Part shown: in pieces, positions 24,368-36,281 of the stretch
Position numbering within the stretch: position 1 is the first letter of the stretch
How the letters are laid out: each line of letters starts with the position of its first letter
Assembly (NCBI GenBank): GCA_002633005.1
Contig: NMRA01000020.1
Location: forward strand, 1,645,623 to 1,693,275
Direction of reading: 5' to 3'
From: Phoronis australis
Taxonomy: Eukaryota > Animalia > Phoronida
DNA: 47,653 bases
Program-made: the position numbers and the translations under genes
The notes under the pieces: model-generated
The model's database searches: none
What the model was told of the DNA's origin: nothing
What the model saw: the letters and a program-made list of their open reading frames with translations, nothing else

Positions 24368-24433
24368 TCACAAAGAATGCTGCAATGTTATGATGAAAGC
24401 AATCAAGAAGATTTTGCAAGTGAAATTTGACAG
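24368..24433 (+). CDS. INTS7: INTS7 66-bp exon (phase 2/2)
   Basis: HKECCNVMMKAIKKILQVKFD, then AG|GTATTT. It links the flanking exons in frame and corresponds positionally to QQSCLLISHAIEALILD. Confidence 0.85.
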
Positions 24434-24440
24434 GTATTTG

Positions 24441-26880
24441 TTTATGTGTCCACATATTGATCTGTGGGTGCATATTGCAGTCATCTCTGTCCAGGCGTCC
24501 TTGTCTGTATCTCCTAAGCCCCTTGCAGGATCTTATTGAAATTTGGTGGCTGGTGTGTTCCTATGGGGCTGAAGACAGAAGACGACGAGTTTCGGACCTA
24601 CCCAAATGCTACTGTGCCCATAAGTGGCAGTTTTTTATGCTTATTATGCGCCCACATGCTTATATGTGGACGCATTATGCCGTCATCTTCGTCTGTCTGT
24701 CCGGGCGACGTCCGTCTGCTCTATCTACAAAACCGATTGACGTATGTTCATGAAATTTTTGCACTTGTGTTCCTTTCATGGCTGGGACGGCATGAGCGAA
24801 CTTTCGGACAGATCCGACTACCGGTGTGCCCCCTAGTGGCAATTTTAGTTCTTTACGTTTCTGTATCTTCAAAGATCCTCAACATAATTTCATAAAATTT
24901 GGCGTACAGGCTTCTGTTAGTGAGGTGATGCCATCTTTCTGTTTTCAGATGGATTTGACCTAGTTTGCACCACCTAGTGGCCATTTTTACTGTTTTCAAG
25001 TCTGTTTTTTGGCGTCCACCCCTCTACCAACCTAACCGCTTTCAGGATGATTGTGAAAATTGGCATGTATGTTAAACTTTTTAATATGATATGGATGGCT
25101 GAGGATGATTTCCCGATGACTTCAACTACTGTGGTGCCTCCTAGTGACAGTTTCTTTTTTGTGCCCATGGCTCTATCTCCTAAACCATATGCAGGATCTT
25201 AACTAAATTTAAGAAGCATGTTTATATGATGTTGACAACGGACAACGATGATTTTGGGATGGATCTGACTACTGGTATGCCCCCTGGTGGCAATTTTAGT
25301 TTTACGTTAACCTCAGAGTCTGTATCTTCAAAGGTCCTCAACTGATTTTTATAAAATTTTTAATACGGGCATCTATTGGTGAGATGACGCTATCCTCCTG
25401 TTTTCGGATGGAATCGAGATTCTTTGCGCCTGCTAGTGGCCATTTTTGCTGTTTTTGAGTCTGTTTTTTGGCGTCTAGCTGTATCAACCAAATCATTCTA
25501 AGGATGGCTTTGAAACGTGGCATATTTGCTCAGTGTGAGGAGGACGGTTGATGATGACGACTTTGACAACTCTGGGCCACCTAGTGGTAGTTTTGTTTTG
25601 TTTTGCGCCCATTGCTGTATCTCCTAAACCCACAGCAGGACCTTTATTAAATTTTGTAAGTGTATTTATATGAAGCTAACAACAGACAATGACGAATTTC
25701 AGGCGGATCCAACACTGTGCCCCCTAGTGGCAATTTCATTTTATTCTGTTTTCCTTTGTTTCTCTGAAGTTCGGTGACGGATTTGTATTAAATTTGGTGT
25801 ATCGCTTTCTATTAAAGAAGCAATGACATGTGCCCATTTTCGGATGGATTGTTTGTTTTTGTGCCATCTAGTGGCCATTTTTATGACACAAATAAGCAAT
25901 CCTAAAAGCACACCATTTGCAATGCATTCCTGGGTGCATTTCAATGCTCCGCGTTGCTCTTGTTATTATTTATTGTCACTTTTCAGAGTAAACATAGACC
26001 ATTAGCCGGTGGCTATTATCACTGACAATTTTAATAATTGGCACATTCATTCCCTTGCATACATTAATTCACGACCGAGCTCAGAGGATTAGGAGTCACT
26101 ATGTATTGTGCAATGCCCGATTGTGTGCCAGTGAAGCCTGGATTCGAATCTGGGTTTCCCAAATGAGATTCCGGAGCTCAAACCACTGAGCCACACAGTT
26201 TAGTTTGCCTCTGTATCTTCAGAGTTCCTAGTTGATGGATTTTCATGAAATTCGGCGAATAGGTTTTTAATATGGAGGCAACAGATGTCATTTTGTTTTC
26301 AGATGGATTCAACTGATCTTATGCTGCCTTGTGGCCATTTTTGTTATTTTTGTGTCTGCTTTCTGGCATCTTCCTCTCTTTCTGTCATGCTGCTTAAAGG
26401 ATCATAATGATAATTTACAGATGTGTTGCTAATAAGAAGGCCACGACTGACGTTGACTTTCAGACTGGTGCGACTACCGTTTTGCCCCCTATTGGCAATT
26501 ATATTTCTTGCGTCTGTGGCCGAATCTCCTTAATAATCCTCTGAAGGATAATAATGAGCTTTTACAGATGTGTTCCTACAAAGCTCATTGCTGACTGCTG
26601 CTGTGACCTCTTTGACTTGTGAAAATTAATACATTTTGCCTCTGTAACTTCATAGCTCCTTGATGGTTTCTCATGTAATTTGGCTAACATAATTCTGCTA
26701 TCAAGGCGACTGCATGTTTCCTTTTGCTGGTGGATTCGACGTATTCTATTTCTGCACCAACTAGTGGCCATTTTGTTTTTAATCTGTTTTTTGTCTTCTG
26801 CTTGTGTACCTGCCAAACTGAGCAGAGGGTCATTATGAAAGTTTAGTTGGCAGATGTGTTCCTGCTGACCAGAGCATGGT
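24441..26880 (+). mobile_element. Older HINE with a younger HINE (24641-25964) and a SINE nested inside
   Basis: A diverged HINE head at 24441 is followed by a second intact head TTATTATGCGCCCACA at 24641, which ends with CAATGCTCCGCGTTGCTCTTGTT at ~25964. Diverged tandem units resume at ~26200-26880. Confidence 0.7.
25965..26196 (-). mobile_element. tRNA-derived SINE
   Basis: Minus-strand A box TGGCTCAGTGG (26183-26193), B box GATTCGAATCC (26140-26150) and an AATAAATAATAA-like tail near 25965. Confidence 0.65.
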
Positions 26881-28327
26881 AGCTGCTATTACTTTACCAC
26901 ACAGACAATTACTTTGCATCGTTAATTTAGGTCTTTAGCAAGAATTAACTTAATTTACGCACGTAACTTATGTGTGTAACAGTCACCTGTTTGGCCAACA
27001 ATACTTCTCCGCTCGCCACTATTTTCTTTAGTCCAGGTCCTTAACCCGAAAACGTTTAAAACTCGGATTAAAGCTCCGCATTTGCTACAGTGGTACTTTT
27101 TGACACGCTGAATCTCATGGGGGTCAGTTGCCCAAGTTTTGAGGTCAAGCTCAAGGTCAAATTTTAAAAAACAAAATGGCCGCCAAGTAAAACAGTGTAC
27201 AGTTGCTTCAGAGATGATACCACAATTTAAGGCTTGGTAATGGTACTTTATTCATGTCGTGAACACATCCACTACCACAAGAAACTGTAGGAACACTGCA
27301 TTTATCCACCTTCACTCTTATCAGGCTTCTATTGTGAGTCAGCATGCGTGAATAATTTGGCTGATAAGCCACCTCTGGAACTACTTTTGGCTGAATGGAT
27401 GACCAGGCCATAAAATTATAATTAGCCAAGACCAGTTACTAATGGTGTATACTGTATTGGCTCTAATAAACGCTTAGAAAAATTCATTTCACAGGTAGGG
27501 GCCGCTTCTTGTAGCCTACGGCAGTTGAAACCCAGTTTTGCAAATGGGTAAAATCGGAAGCTAGGATTCATCAAATCTACGCTCTGTGACGTATTTGTAG
27601 CCTATGACAGCCTTTCTACAAAATTGTGGTGCATTGCTATCAACTTCCGTTGTTAAATTACGATAATTTTTCAAAAATTGTGCTCATCACAGGGCGAAAA
27701 CTTGCCGACTGATGCGTCGCTGAATCGCGATCGTCAATAGGAAAACTTGAACTCTTGAATAAGAATATAGTTTCGACTCAACAAATTACCTGAATTCTTC
27801 CTTATGTTTTACAGTTTTTAAAGTTCATTTGGAGTCCAGATTAATTGTGATTAAGTCCAAATCTGCGCTACATCGTACCCCACAACACGAGAAAAATCTC
27901 TGGATAAAACACACGTTGTCACGTGACGTTTGTTTTGAAGTTCGTCTGCGTATGAGAGTGAGTGAGCGTACGTGTGCAGGTAATCGACGACAGACTTTTT
28001 TGTTACAAAAGGCGGAGGATAATGCAAGAAAATGGCATTTACTAGATTGTTTTTCACTTAAACGGCTGCAATGTGCAAGGTGAGTGTTGGTTAACTCACA
28101 GATTTTGTGTGCACAGGCCGACGGTCGTTAGCTCTACCGTGGAGTATTAATAGTCCAAGGCTCGATCTACATGTTGGGGACGAGGTGAACCACCCGGGCT
28201 GGGTCTAACGGAGACACTGACGCAGTGGTCAGCCAGCTCGCTGTATCAAGACTATAGTCAAAATCCAAATTTGTTTTATCGTGTCCCTGTCAATAATAAC
28301 GGTATGCTAAAGTTTCTTAATTTTCGT

Positions 28328-30752
28328 ACTTCAGGAACATAACAATCACGTGTTTTGTACACATACGCGCACGCCGCAGATCACATCTCGGAAATTGCCG
28401 ATTTGACGGATGACAATGAATGAGCACAAGGAAACGTCGTTTTACAGCTTGTAAGATTCATAATAATCGTATTTTGAATATTCCAATGCATGTGTTCCAA
28501 AATCTAAATAACTTGGGTCCTATATTTTTGTATTCGTGCGTGCCGATTGAAAGAAATCGTGAGTGTTGCTGTGTTGCAAAATCTCTTATCCGATTTGAAA
28601 AATTCAAAGTTGTACTCATATTTGTTTTCGCTCCTCTTTTCAAATATTACAATAAAAACTACTTGTAACTCTCTCCATAAAAAGTACAGTCTGCTAGGTA
28701 GATTGTAATCAGCTGATCATATCCGCATGAGCGAAGCCAATTATCCTCGCTCGTGACTCGATGAATAGAGCAGCTTGGCGGCATCCCTTTGATCGTGAGC
28801 CGAGCGCGACTCAGCCAAGGTGGATAAATACGGTCTAGTTCAATTTTCCATACCCCACTGTTCACCTTGACGATCGGGGTTAGGACCAATCTTATGTAGT
28901 GGTACTGTTCATAGCATGTCAAGCCATATGACTTACTGAGGCTTGGTCAAATATAGCTGAAGAAACAACTTTGGATTTTCAGAATGATTTTATTTTTCCT
29001 CAATATACTGTGCATCAAGAATTAAAGATGTGGATGACATAAAAATGTAAAAAACAGTCAAAATTAATTTTTTTGTGTATCCACCTACCTTAAAGTATGA
29101 AAAAATGTTAATTACGGCCAAAGTAATCCTTGATATAGCTGAAAATAGCCAGAAATCCATCGTTATTTTGTTTCACTGAAACATTTCATGTTTTTAATCC
29201 ACATGGCATTTAATCAAATCACACATTTAATTGAAATTAATGTTTTTTCATGATTCTAACATGTATTTGCCCAAGCTGAAAAATTGAAAATTAGATGTAG
29301 TTGGGTGTAGTTTGCTCATCATAGACAAGACCTAACCGGAGCATCATGTAGTGAAAGTATGTGGGTAAAGGACAATTCGCAAGACAATTTGTCAATGAGT
29401 GTCCGGCAGAACTGTCTCTGTCGCACTTGAGTTCAAAAAACGGTGTTAAAATTCAGTTATCCACGAAGTGGCAAACAAAGAACAAAAATAATTGAATTTG
29501 TAAACGTAATAAACTAATTCGTGTAACGAAACTTCTGTTGATATCGTCTTGCTAAACATAAATCAGTGATCGTGGATTGCTGTTGGCCGGCGTAGCAGAC
29601 GATGTCATAATCCAGTCCATGCAGACGAGTGAGATGGTTAACAATTCAATATCGTCGTTTTGGCGCAAGGCTATGGTTGATTAAACAGTTGGATGTCACG
29701 CCCTGCAGTATGATTTACAATATCTTTTGTAAACTCGGACACAATTAAATGAATGAAGCAGAAATCTTACTGTATCTTACTTCATTAGCGAGCTCTGGCG
29801 CATTCCCATTTTAGAATATACATATCAAAGTCGTTACCTGGTCCCCAGCTGTATTAAGTATTTGTGCATTGTCGGATAACCAGGCAGAAACGAGGTACGA
29901 AAGGGGATTGGGGATTGAATGGTTTAACTTGGGAACAAATCAAGATCCCATTGTAAAATTATTTTTTACTTTCGATCCACAAACGGCGAAACGTGCAGCG
30001 TGACTTGTACTTATTCATTATTAGGCCTACTAGTGATCATTTTTACTTGCGATTCATTTAACTAGCGCTCATTTTTACCAGTGATCATTTTTACCAGCGA
30101 TCATTTTTACTAGCGATTTTTGCGTGGCGGTGAAGTTTCCACGTCACTTCAGGAACATAACAATCACGTGGTTTGTACACATACGCGCACGCCGCAGATC
30201 ACATCTCGGAAATTGCCGATTTGACGGATGACAATGAATGAACTCAATGAAATTAACAACGTCGGTTTACAGCTTGTAAGATTCATAATAAACGTATTTT
30301 GAATATTGCAATGCATGTGTTCAAAAATCTAAATAACTTGGGTCCTATATTTTTGTATTCGTGCGTGCCGATTGAAAGAAATCGTGAGTGTTGCTGTGTT
30401 ACAAAATCTCTTATCCTGGGCCGATTTGAAAAATTCATCAAAGTTGTACTCATATTTGTTTTCGCTCCTCTTTTCAAATATAACAGTAAAAACTTCGTAA
30501 AACTCCATAAAAAGTACAGTCTGCTAGCTAGATTGTAATCAGCTGATCATATCCGCATGAGTGAAGCCAATTATCTTCGCTCGTGACTCGATGAATAGAG
30601 CAGCTTGGCGACATCCCTTTGACTGTGAGCCGAGCGCGACTCGGCCAAGGTGGATAAATACGGTCTAGTTCAATTTTCCAAACCCCACCGTTTACCTTCA
30701 CAAGCGGGGTTAGGACCAATCTTATTTAGTGGGAATGTTTATAGCATGTTAA
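28328..30752. repeat. Pair of ~600-bp direct repeats (28328-28922 and 30146-30752) inside the Academ element
   Basis: Both start ACTTCAGGAACATAACAATCACGTG and end TAGGACCAATCTTAT...ATAGCATGT. They produce the near-duplicate ORF pairs in the track. Confidence 0.92.
30029..30121. repeat. 16-bp minisatellite, about 6 copies
   Basis: AC(T/C)AG(T/C)GATCATTTTT-like units start at 30029, 30045, 30061, 30077, 30093 and 30109. Confidence 0.85.
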
Positions 30753-31219
30753 CTAGAAATCTATCAAAATGACATTGTAACATGTTTTCCTCATAATTTT
30801 AAGACACCTTATTTGCATAAATCCAATATTGCGGCCAAAATTTTACTAACCAACTCAATTTTAACAAATGCATCTATTTTGATCTGGTGCAAAACTAATA
30901 ATACAAAATCAAATAGGTTCTCTTACCGAAAGTTAACTAGATTTATCATTAATTTGAACAATTATTGTGAAAATTCAGTTGACATCATGATAAAGAGGCC
31001 AATGTATGTAAAGAACTTGACAGACTAACAAACTAACAAAAACTCCAAGGCAAGCTTTGATAAGTGTCCGTCGCTATTGTTCTTCTTATTCAGTGTTGTA
31101 AACTCGATTGCAAACTGCTTATAATATCAACACAATAAAACAGATTAGTGTCAAATTGTCAGTGCAGATCACTGATTTCAACTAACAGTATCGGCCATTC
31201 CTTTAGTCCATAACTGCCA

Positions 31220-33880
31220 CGTTCCCTGGAATTCGCAGTGGTGTGCATGCTTAGGAATTGCTTTTACATCGACATTTCTTGCCGCATAGTGGTACGCTCT
31301 TGCAACCACACTTAATGAGCTGTTGACAGGCTTTGGAGACTTCAGTCATGTCTGTCCAGTAAGGTGTACACTGTCGGCTCATGTCTCTGCCATCCAAACC
31401 CCTCTGGTCTTGGTTTCCAGTGGATGGTGGGCATCAGGTTATCAGACTCTTGAGCCATACGCCAGTAGGACACAAGCATTTGTGAACATGTTTTATCAGA
31501 GCAGACTGGGTAGGTGCTAGATTTGGCATGAACTGAACTTTTCGTGAGAAAAGCTGTCTTTTTGAACTATTGACTTGGCTAGTTTTGCCTTTACGATCGT
31601 AGTGGAGATATGTAAATGGCTTGTTTTGAACTCCCGACTGTCAATTGCGATTGTGGGGTACAAGAATGCCTGAGGAGCACCAGGGTTGGGTTTCTACGTC
31701 TCTCATGGTGTCCGACCTTGTTAAGGCATGGAACATGGGTAGAGCTAACACACAAATCGTACCCAAGCTGGTCAAACACACTATTGACAAAGAATGACAA
31801 CATCAGTATCCACTGGAGTAACCAGTATTCTCTGATTAGCTTTGATCGAACATACGGGTGTCCGCCTCCTGATGATTGCAAGGTGGCATGTCACAACTAG
31901 AGAAAAGAATTGATTGATCATGGGAAACATATATATTTTTCCAGAGGGCAGGCGATTGCCAAGATATCTTCAGCTAACAGCATATGAACAATTCCTCTTC
32001 ATTAATCGAGTTTTGCAATGCAAGAAAGTCTGGAAGTTCAGAGGCAGTTGTATTTGGGGTGAAACTTTGGTAAGATCATCTTAGTCTCTAGCAGCTCTTG
32101 TGGTGGCCTTCAAGCAGTCTTCAGTATAAACATCACACATATGACTGTCAACTCTGCTGTAGTTGGGAAGGTTAGAGTGTGCTCACTAATCAAAGTTTTC
32201 ACTGAACTGACAGAATGTTGCTTATTGGTTTGGAGAAAAGCTATGCACGATAGCTGGTCCATCAAAGATTTTGGCATCAACGTAATGTAGTAGGAATGTC
32301 CGGTTGAGGAAATTCCAACATGTTGAGCAACTATGACTTCTGTAAAGGTAAACGGAGACTTGTTCTGGCTCAGGGATGGTGGCCAAAGGTGATTCTCGTG
32401 CATTGAGAAATCATCCAGGTTATCTTCTTGAACTCGACTGGCTATAAAAAGCTGACTAAATAAACTGTTAGTCTTTCTTGATATCATCCATGAGCTGCTG
32501 ATTCATTCTTTTTGTCTTCACACTAGCTGTTTTGGAAACAACAAACTTGTTTTTCTAGATAGGAGTCTTTATTGGTTGTGATTTTTCTATTAGGACTGCT
32601 TGTTTATAGTCGTCATATTGCTGCTTACCAGTCACTTCGATAGTCTGAAGACTTATAGGGCTATCAATACATCTGTCAGTATCTATCGCCCTAAGTTCAT
32701 CACCCTGGTCAACAAAAGGGTTTCCCTTAGCTGAAATTACCCTACACAAACTGTTCAGATGGTTCTCAAAGTTGTTCGAGAAGGATAGACTGTCTTCATG
32801 GTGGCTTGTCTCCTCACTATTGTCTTTAAAACCATATTGACATTCAAACTCACTCAACAACCTGGCTATCTTGGGTCCAAACACCATCCACCTTGTCAAA
32901 GCGTTTTGATTTTCAGTTAATCCCATAGCCCCACCACTGTCTTTAAAGAGCAAAAGCTCATCAAAAATATCTTTACAAATCCTGATGAAAGTACCATCAC
33001 GCAACGTCTAGTACAGAATAATTCAATTTTCCCTGTGAGAAAATTTCCAGAAAAAATCCCAAAATTCACAGTTGTTGAAATATGCGCGAATGAAAAACTG
33101 TGGTTATCACAGTCAGTTGCTTTGAGGTCAAAGGTCACATTTTTCATATAAGGGAAATGAACTACATCTGCCTTGCCATACCAAATAAAGAAACGTGCTC
33201 ATCTTTTTTGAAATTTGAAACTAAAAGAAAATGCTTGGATATCAACAGAAATTAAAAATCTTTACAAATAAATCCTAAAAGTACCTGGTGAGCAGATTGA
33301 ATTCAGTTTCAGTGGCAGAGAACCAATTTCAATATTAGAAATTTTAAAAATTTAGTAAAAATCGCGTTCCAGGTGCCTTTAGCCTAGGCATAATATTTTG
33401 TTCATGTGCCTGGTCAATTAGAATAGCACAGAATCTTTGTTGTGTCTTTGAAAACACCCAGTGTTTCTTCATATGCTGTCGTACGTTGAGTTGCAAAGCT
33501 CTCACGTCTTGAATGTGGACAGAGACCCTTCTTGCATAAGAAACAGGGCCCACGAGATTCAAGGACATCAATGTACAGTGACAAGTTGCATTCCCGATGA
33601 GCACGGACGAACATCAATATCAGTAACTGGATATGTAAGATAACATTCCGGAATTCAAATTTTGTACTTCTCGATGAGCTTTCAATTTTCCAGCCTGAGA
33701 AAGATACTGTTGGTTCAAAACAGCTCCTTCATTTCCCGCTATAAGAAATGCATCTTCCTGCAGCTTTACCAGAGACAGAGCTGTGACCTGATGTGCATAT
33801 CTTGTTCGAGTCAAGTGCTAGGCTTGAAGACAGAAATCTGCTCTACCAGCTGTAGCCACTGAAGCCTCCTGAAGCTGGCG
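31220..33880 (-). pseudogene. Academ transposase pseudogene (many stops and frameshifts; N-terminal part missing)
   Basis: Fragments TRTRYAHQVTA, FCAILIDQAHEQN, GGAMGLTENQNALTRWMVFGPKIARLLSEFE, HHED, GNPF, LFSQLFIASRVQEDNLDDF..HEN..WPPSLS and a Cys-rich C-terminus. Confidence 0.8.
32947..33378. mobile_element. 432-bp insertion in the Academ transposase, Kolobok-like (TTAA target)
   Basis: It splits HEQN..RxK from DSGGAMGLTEN. Flanked by TTAA (32943-32946) and TTAG (33379-33382), with AG...CT ends but weak TIRs. Confidence 0.55.
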
Positions 33881-35786
33881 GTACAAATACGTTATAGTGA
33901 CGTAACGAGTGCTGGTGTATCATTCCAGTTTGGGTAACCAGCCGTCTTGGAGACCTCTTTATTAATTGTGGCTGTGGCCTATTATTCACAAAATGTACGT
34001 TAACTTATCTTAACTGCTTCCAGGATGGTGGGTATAGTTTTAGAAAAATGGGTTGTCGGGCAATTACTCTAGTCGGTGATCCTGGAGTAAGGCAATGCTC
34101 AAACAACTTGGGCTTTGGAATAATGTACTGCGGAATTAATTTTTGTAGGAATTACTTATAGAAATGGGGATGTCAGAAAATTCGACTCTTAGGCCTTAGT
34201 AAGCAACTTACATTGTATTTATGTGAGTAGCTACTGTCTTCGTATGTGCTAAAGTCCACCAAAAGTATTATCTCCAATCAGTTACATCGAGTTAGGATAT
34301 CTATTTATCTACATAGTTAAACAAAAGTATAATTAGTAAATCTGTTCACATTCAAAATATTATAATAAGAACAATGAACTGGAGGTTAACATTCTGTGAG
34401 TCTCAGAGCTGCTGTCACCTGCATGGGTACTGTTGTCTGGATGAGCTTGGGTCTGCTTCAGATGTTAGACAGTATGTCAACACAAACAATGAGATAAAAG
34501 CAAAGTTTAAAATACACAGTTGTTCACATAATGTCTTCCTCAACACAATTAGTTATGCCTGCACCTGTTTTAAAGTTTAGTGAAGCAAGAACTTCACATT
34601 ATTGCGATACAAGTAAAACCTTATTTTTTTATTTCGTCCTACTCGAAAGCCTATAATTATCTAATTAACTTTAATTGGTTTAATTCATGTCGCTATCAAG
34701 TTCAAACTAAAATATAAAAGCTCATTAATCAACAAAGTTACCTTTAGGTAATGAAAAAATTAAAAATGATGATAAAAATTTCAACAATTGTTCTTTGAAA
34801 ATTTAGCAAGATGTCCGATTTCATTTATTTATGGACGATTTGTTACATAATTAACCACAAATATTTTCACAAAGACATTTAAAAATGAATTTTCTTTTAA
34901 AGAAGAAACATTCTAGAGTTGACATAATGCATATGCATGCCGGTTTGACATATTTTTTCAGCAGGAGAAAACAAAAAATATACATGCTCCATTAATTATG
35001 ATAATTACCATCTTAAGTGTCAACTTGTTTGTACAAGTTATCAACATTAATTTTAATTCAAAAAAGCCTGTTTATCACCTGAAACAAATAACGAATCAGA
35101 TATTTCATTACAAGCCATTTCAAACAAAATGACGTGACCTTTGACCTTGACCTCAAATTCCAGGCAACCGACCCCATGAGACTCAGTGTGTTCCGAAGTA
35201 TCCATGTGCCAAATTTGGTGCTTTAATCCTGGGTGTAAATGTTTTGGGGTTTTTGGGTGCTAAGGGACCAGACTACTTCGGTTGCTATTATTCTCTCCCC
35301 CCCTTCCCCATCGCCATTGTCATCAAAAGCTGACGAGGAGGCCACATGCGTTCAAATCTCACTTTGCCGAAGTTCACAATCTCTACAGAGTCGCTGCCGT
35401 GACTGTGTAGGAGGCGCTGTTCGAGAGTGTCAGTTTTCGAGCGCCTGTGGATAACAAGATTGGCTGACGACGACTATTGATTCTGTTGTTTTTTTATTAC
35501 TGTTAGTGGGTGTTAGTTGAACCGGCTGACATGGTTTGGAAGGCATTGCCATAAATTGAGATCACGTTTGGCGAAAAACTGAAATTGCATTTTGCGAGTA
35601 AGTCTCGAGCTCAGGATGCCAACAGCAATTTCAGCTCTCAAAATGTGAGCTGGTACTCACAAAATCGGACCTTGTTTCAGAGATTCTCAGACTTTCATTC
35701 CTGTGTCTGGTAGAGTTGGCATCAGAGTGATATCAATACCTGACATGAACCTTATGTCATTCATTTGATCTATTGTTTGTTTACAG

Positions 35787-35922
35787 TTCAAATGACTTGG
35801 CTATGTTTCCATCACTGCCAACAGATGGCACACAGGAAGCACTAGAGCATGTCAAGAGAGAATCATCGCGGTCGTTTGCTCAAGCCTGTCAGATGTCAGC
35901 GCATTTTCCACTCAATTACATG
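35787..35922 (+). CDS. INTS7: INTS7 exon (phase 2/0)
   Basis: TTTACAG|...ATG|GTATTG, 136 bp, open frame ending PLNYM (cf. recalled INTS7 PVSYM). Its phase fits both neighbours. Confidence 0.82.
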
Positions 35923-36182
35923 GTATTGAAAACTTGATTTCTAAGTACTTGATCAAACAGTCGATCATGCTTTTCCATAGGGGATTACCATTTAGAATCC
36001 TCTTTTTTGCAATTTCAGTGCAAATCCAATTTGCTGAAAGAAAGTGCAGACTTGTGTCAAGCTTACCACTTGTCCATATTGCAGTTGCACATTAATACTA
36101 TGTATTCAATTCATGTTGATCATTCACAGGTAAAACTTGACAATGTGCACAATTATATTTTATTGTTGTCTTTTTTCTCCAG

Positions 36183-36281
36183 CATATTGAGTGCATCTGT
36201 AAGACATCAGAACTGTTGATTAGTCAGCCATTGCGCTTCCCTCGGTACTTTTTCCAGAGTCTTCAACAGACGAGTATCAAG
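36183..36281 (+). CDS. INTS7: INTS7 exon
   Basis: TTTTTCTCCAG|HIECICKTSELLISQPLRFPRYFFQSLQQTSIK|GTATGA. Confidence 0.95.

Larger units (their letters stand above)
27029..35275 (-). mobile_element. Academ-type DNA transposon (8.2 kb, defective)
   Basis: Imperfect ~150-bp TIRs begin TAGTC at both ends and share blocks GGATTAAAGC, TCTCATGGGG and TTTGAGGTCAAG. The 3-bp TSD CTT lies at 27026-27028 and 35276-35278, and transposase remnants are internal. Confidence 0.82.

Noticed and set aside
19400-25900. CRISPR-like regularly spaced repeats
   Set aside because: Eukaryotic context; the intervening sequences are homologous tandem units, not unique spacers; no cas genes.
26140-26196. tRNA gene
   Set aside because: A and B boxes are present but there is no convincing cloverleaf, and a body and A-rich tail follow, so it is called a SINE. 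A similar weaker B-box remnant near 23945 was not called.
28420-30719. Duplicated short ORFs (MKRGAKTNMSTT..., ...GVWKIELDRIYPP...) as a paralogous gene pair
   Set aside because: They arise from the non-coding direct repeat; there is no recognisable domain or splice structure.
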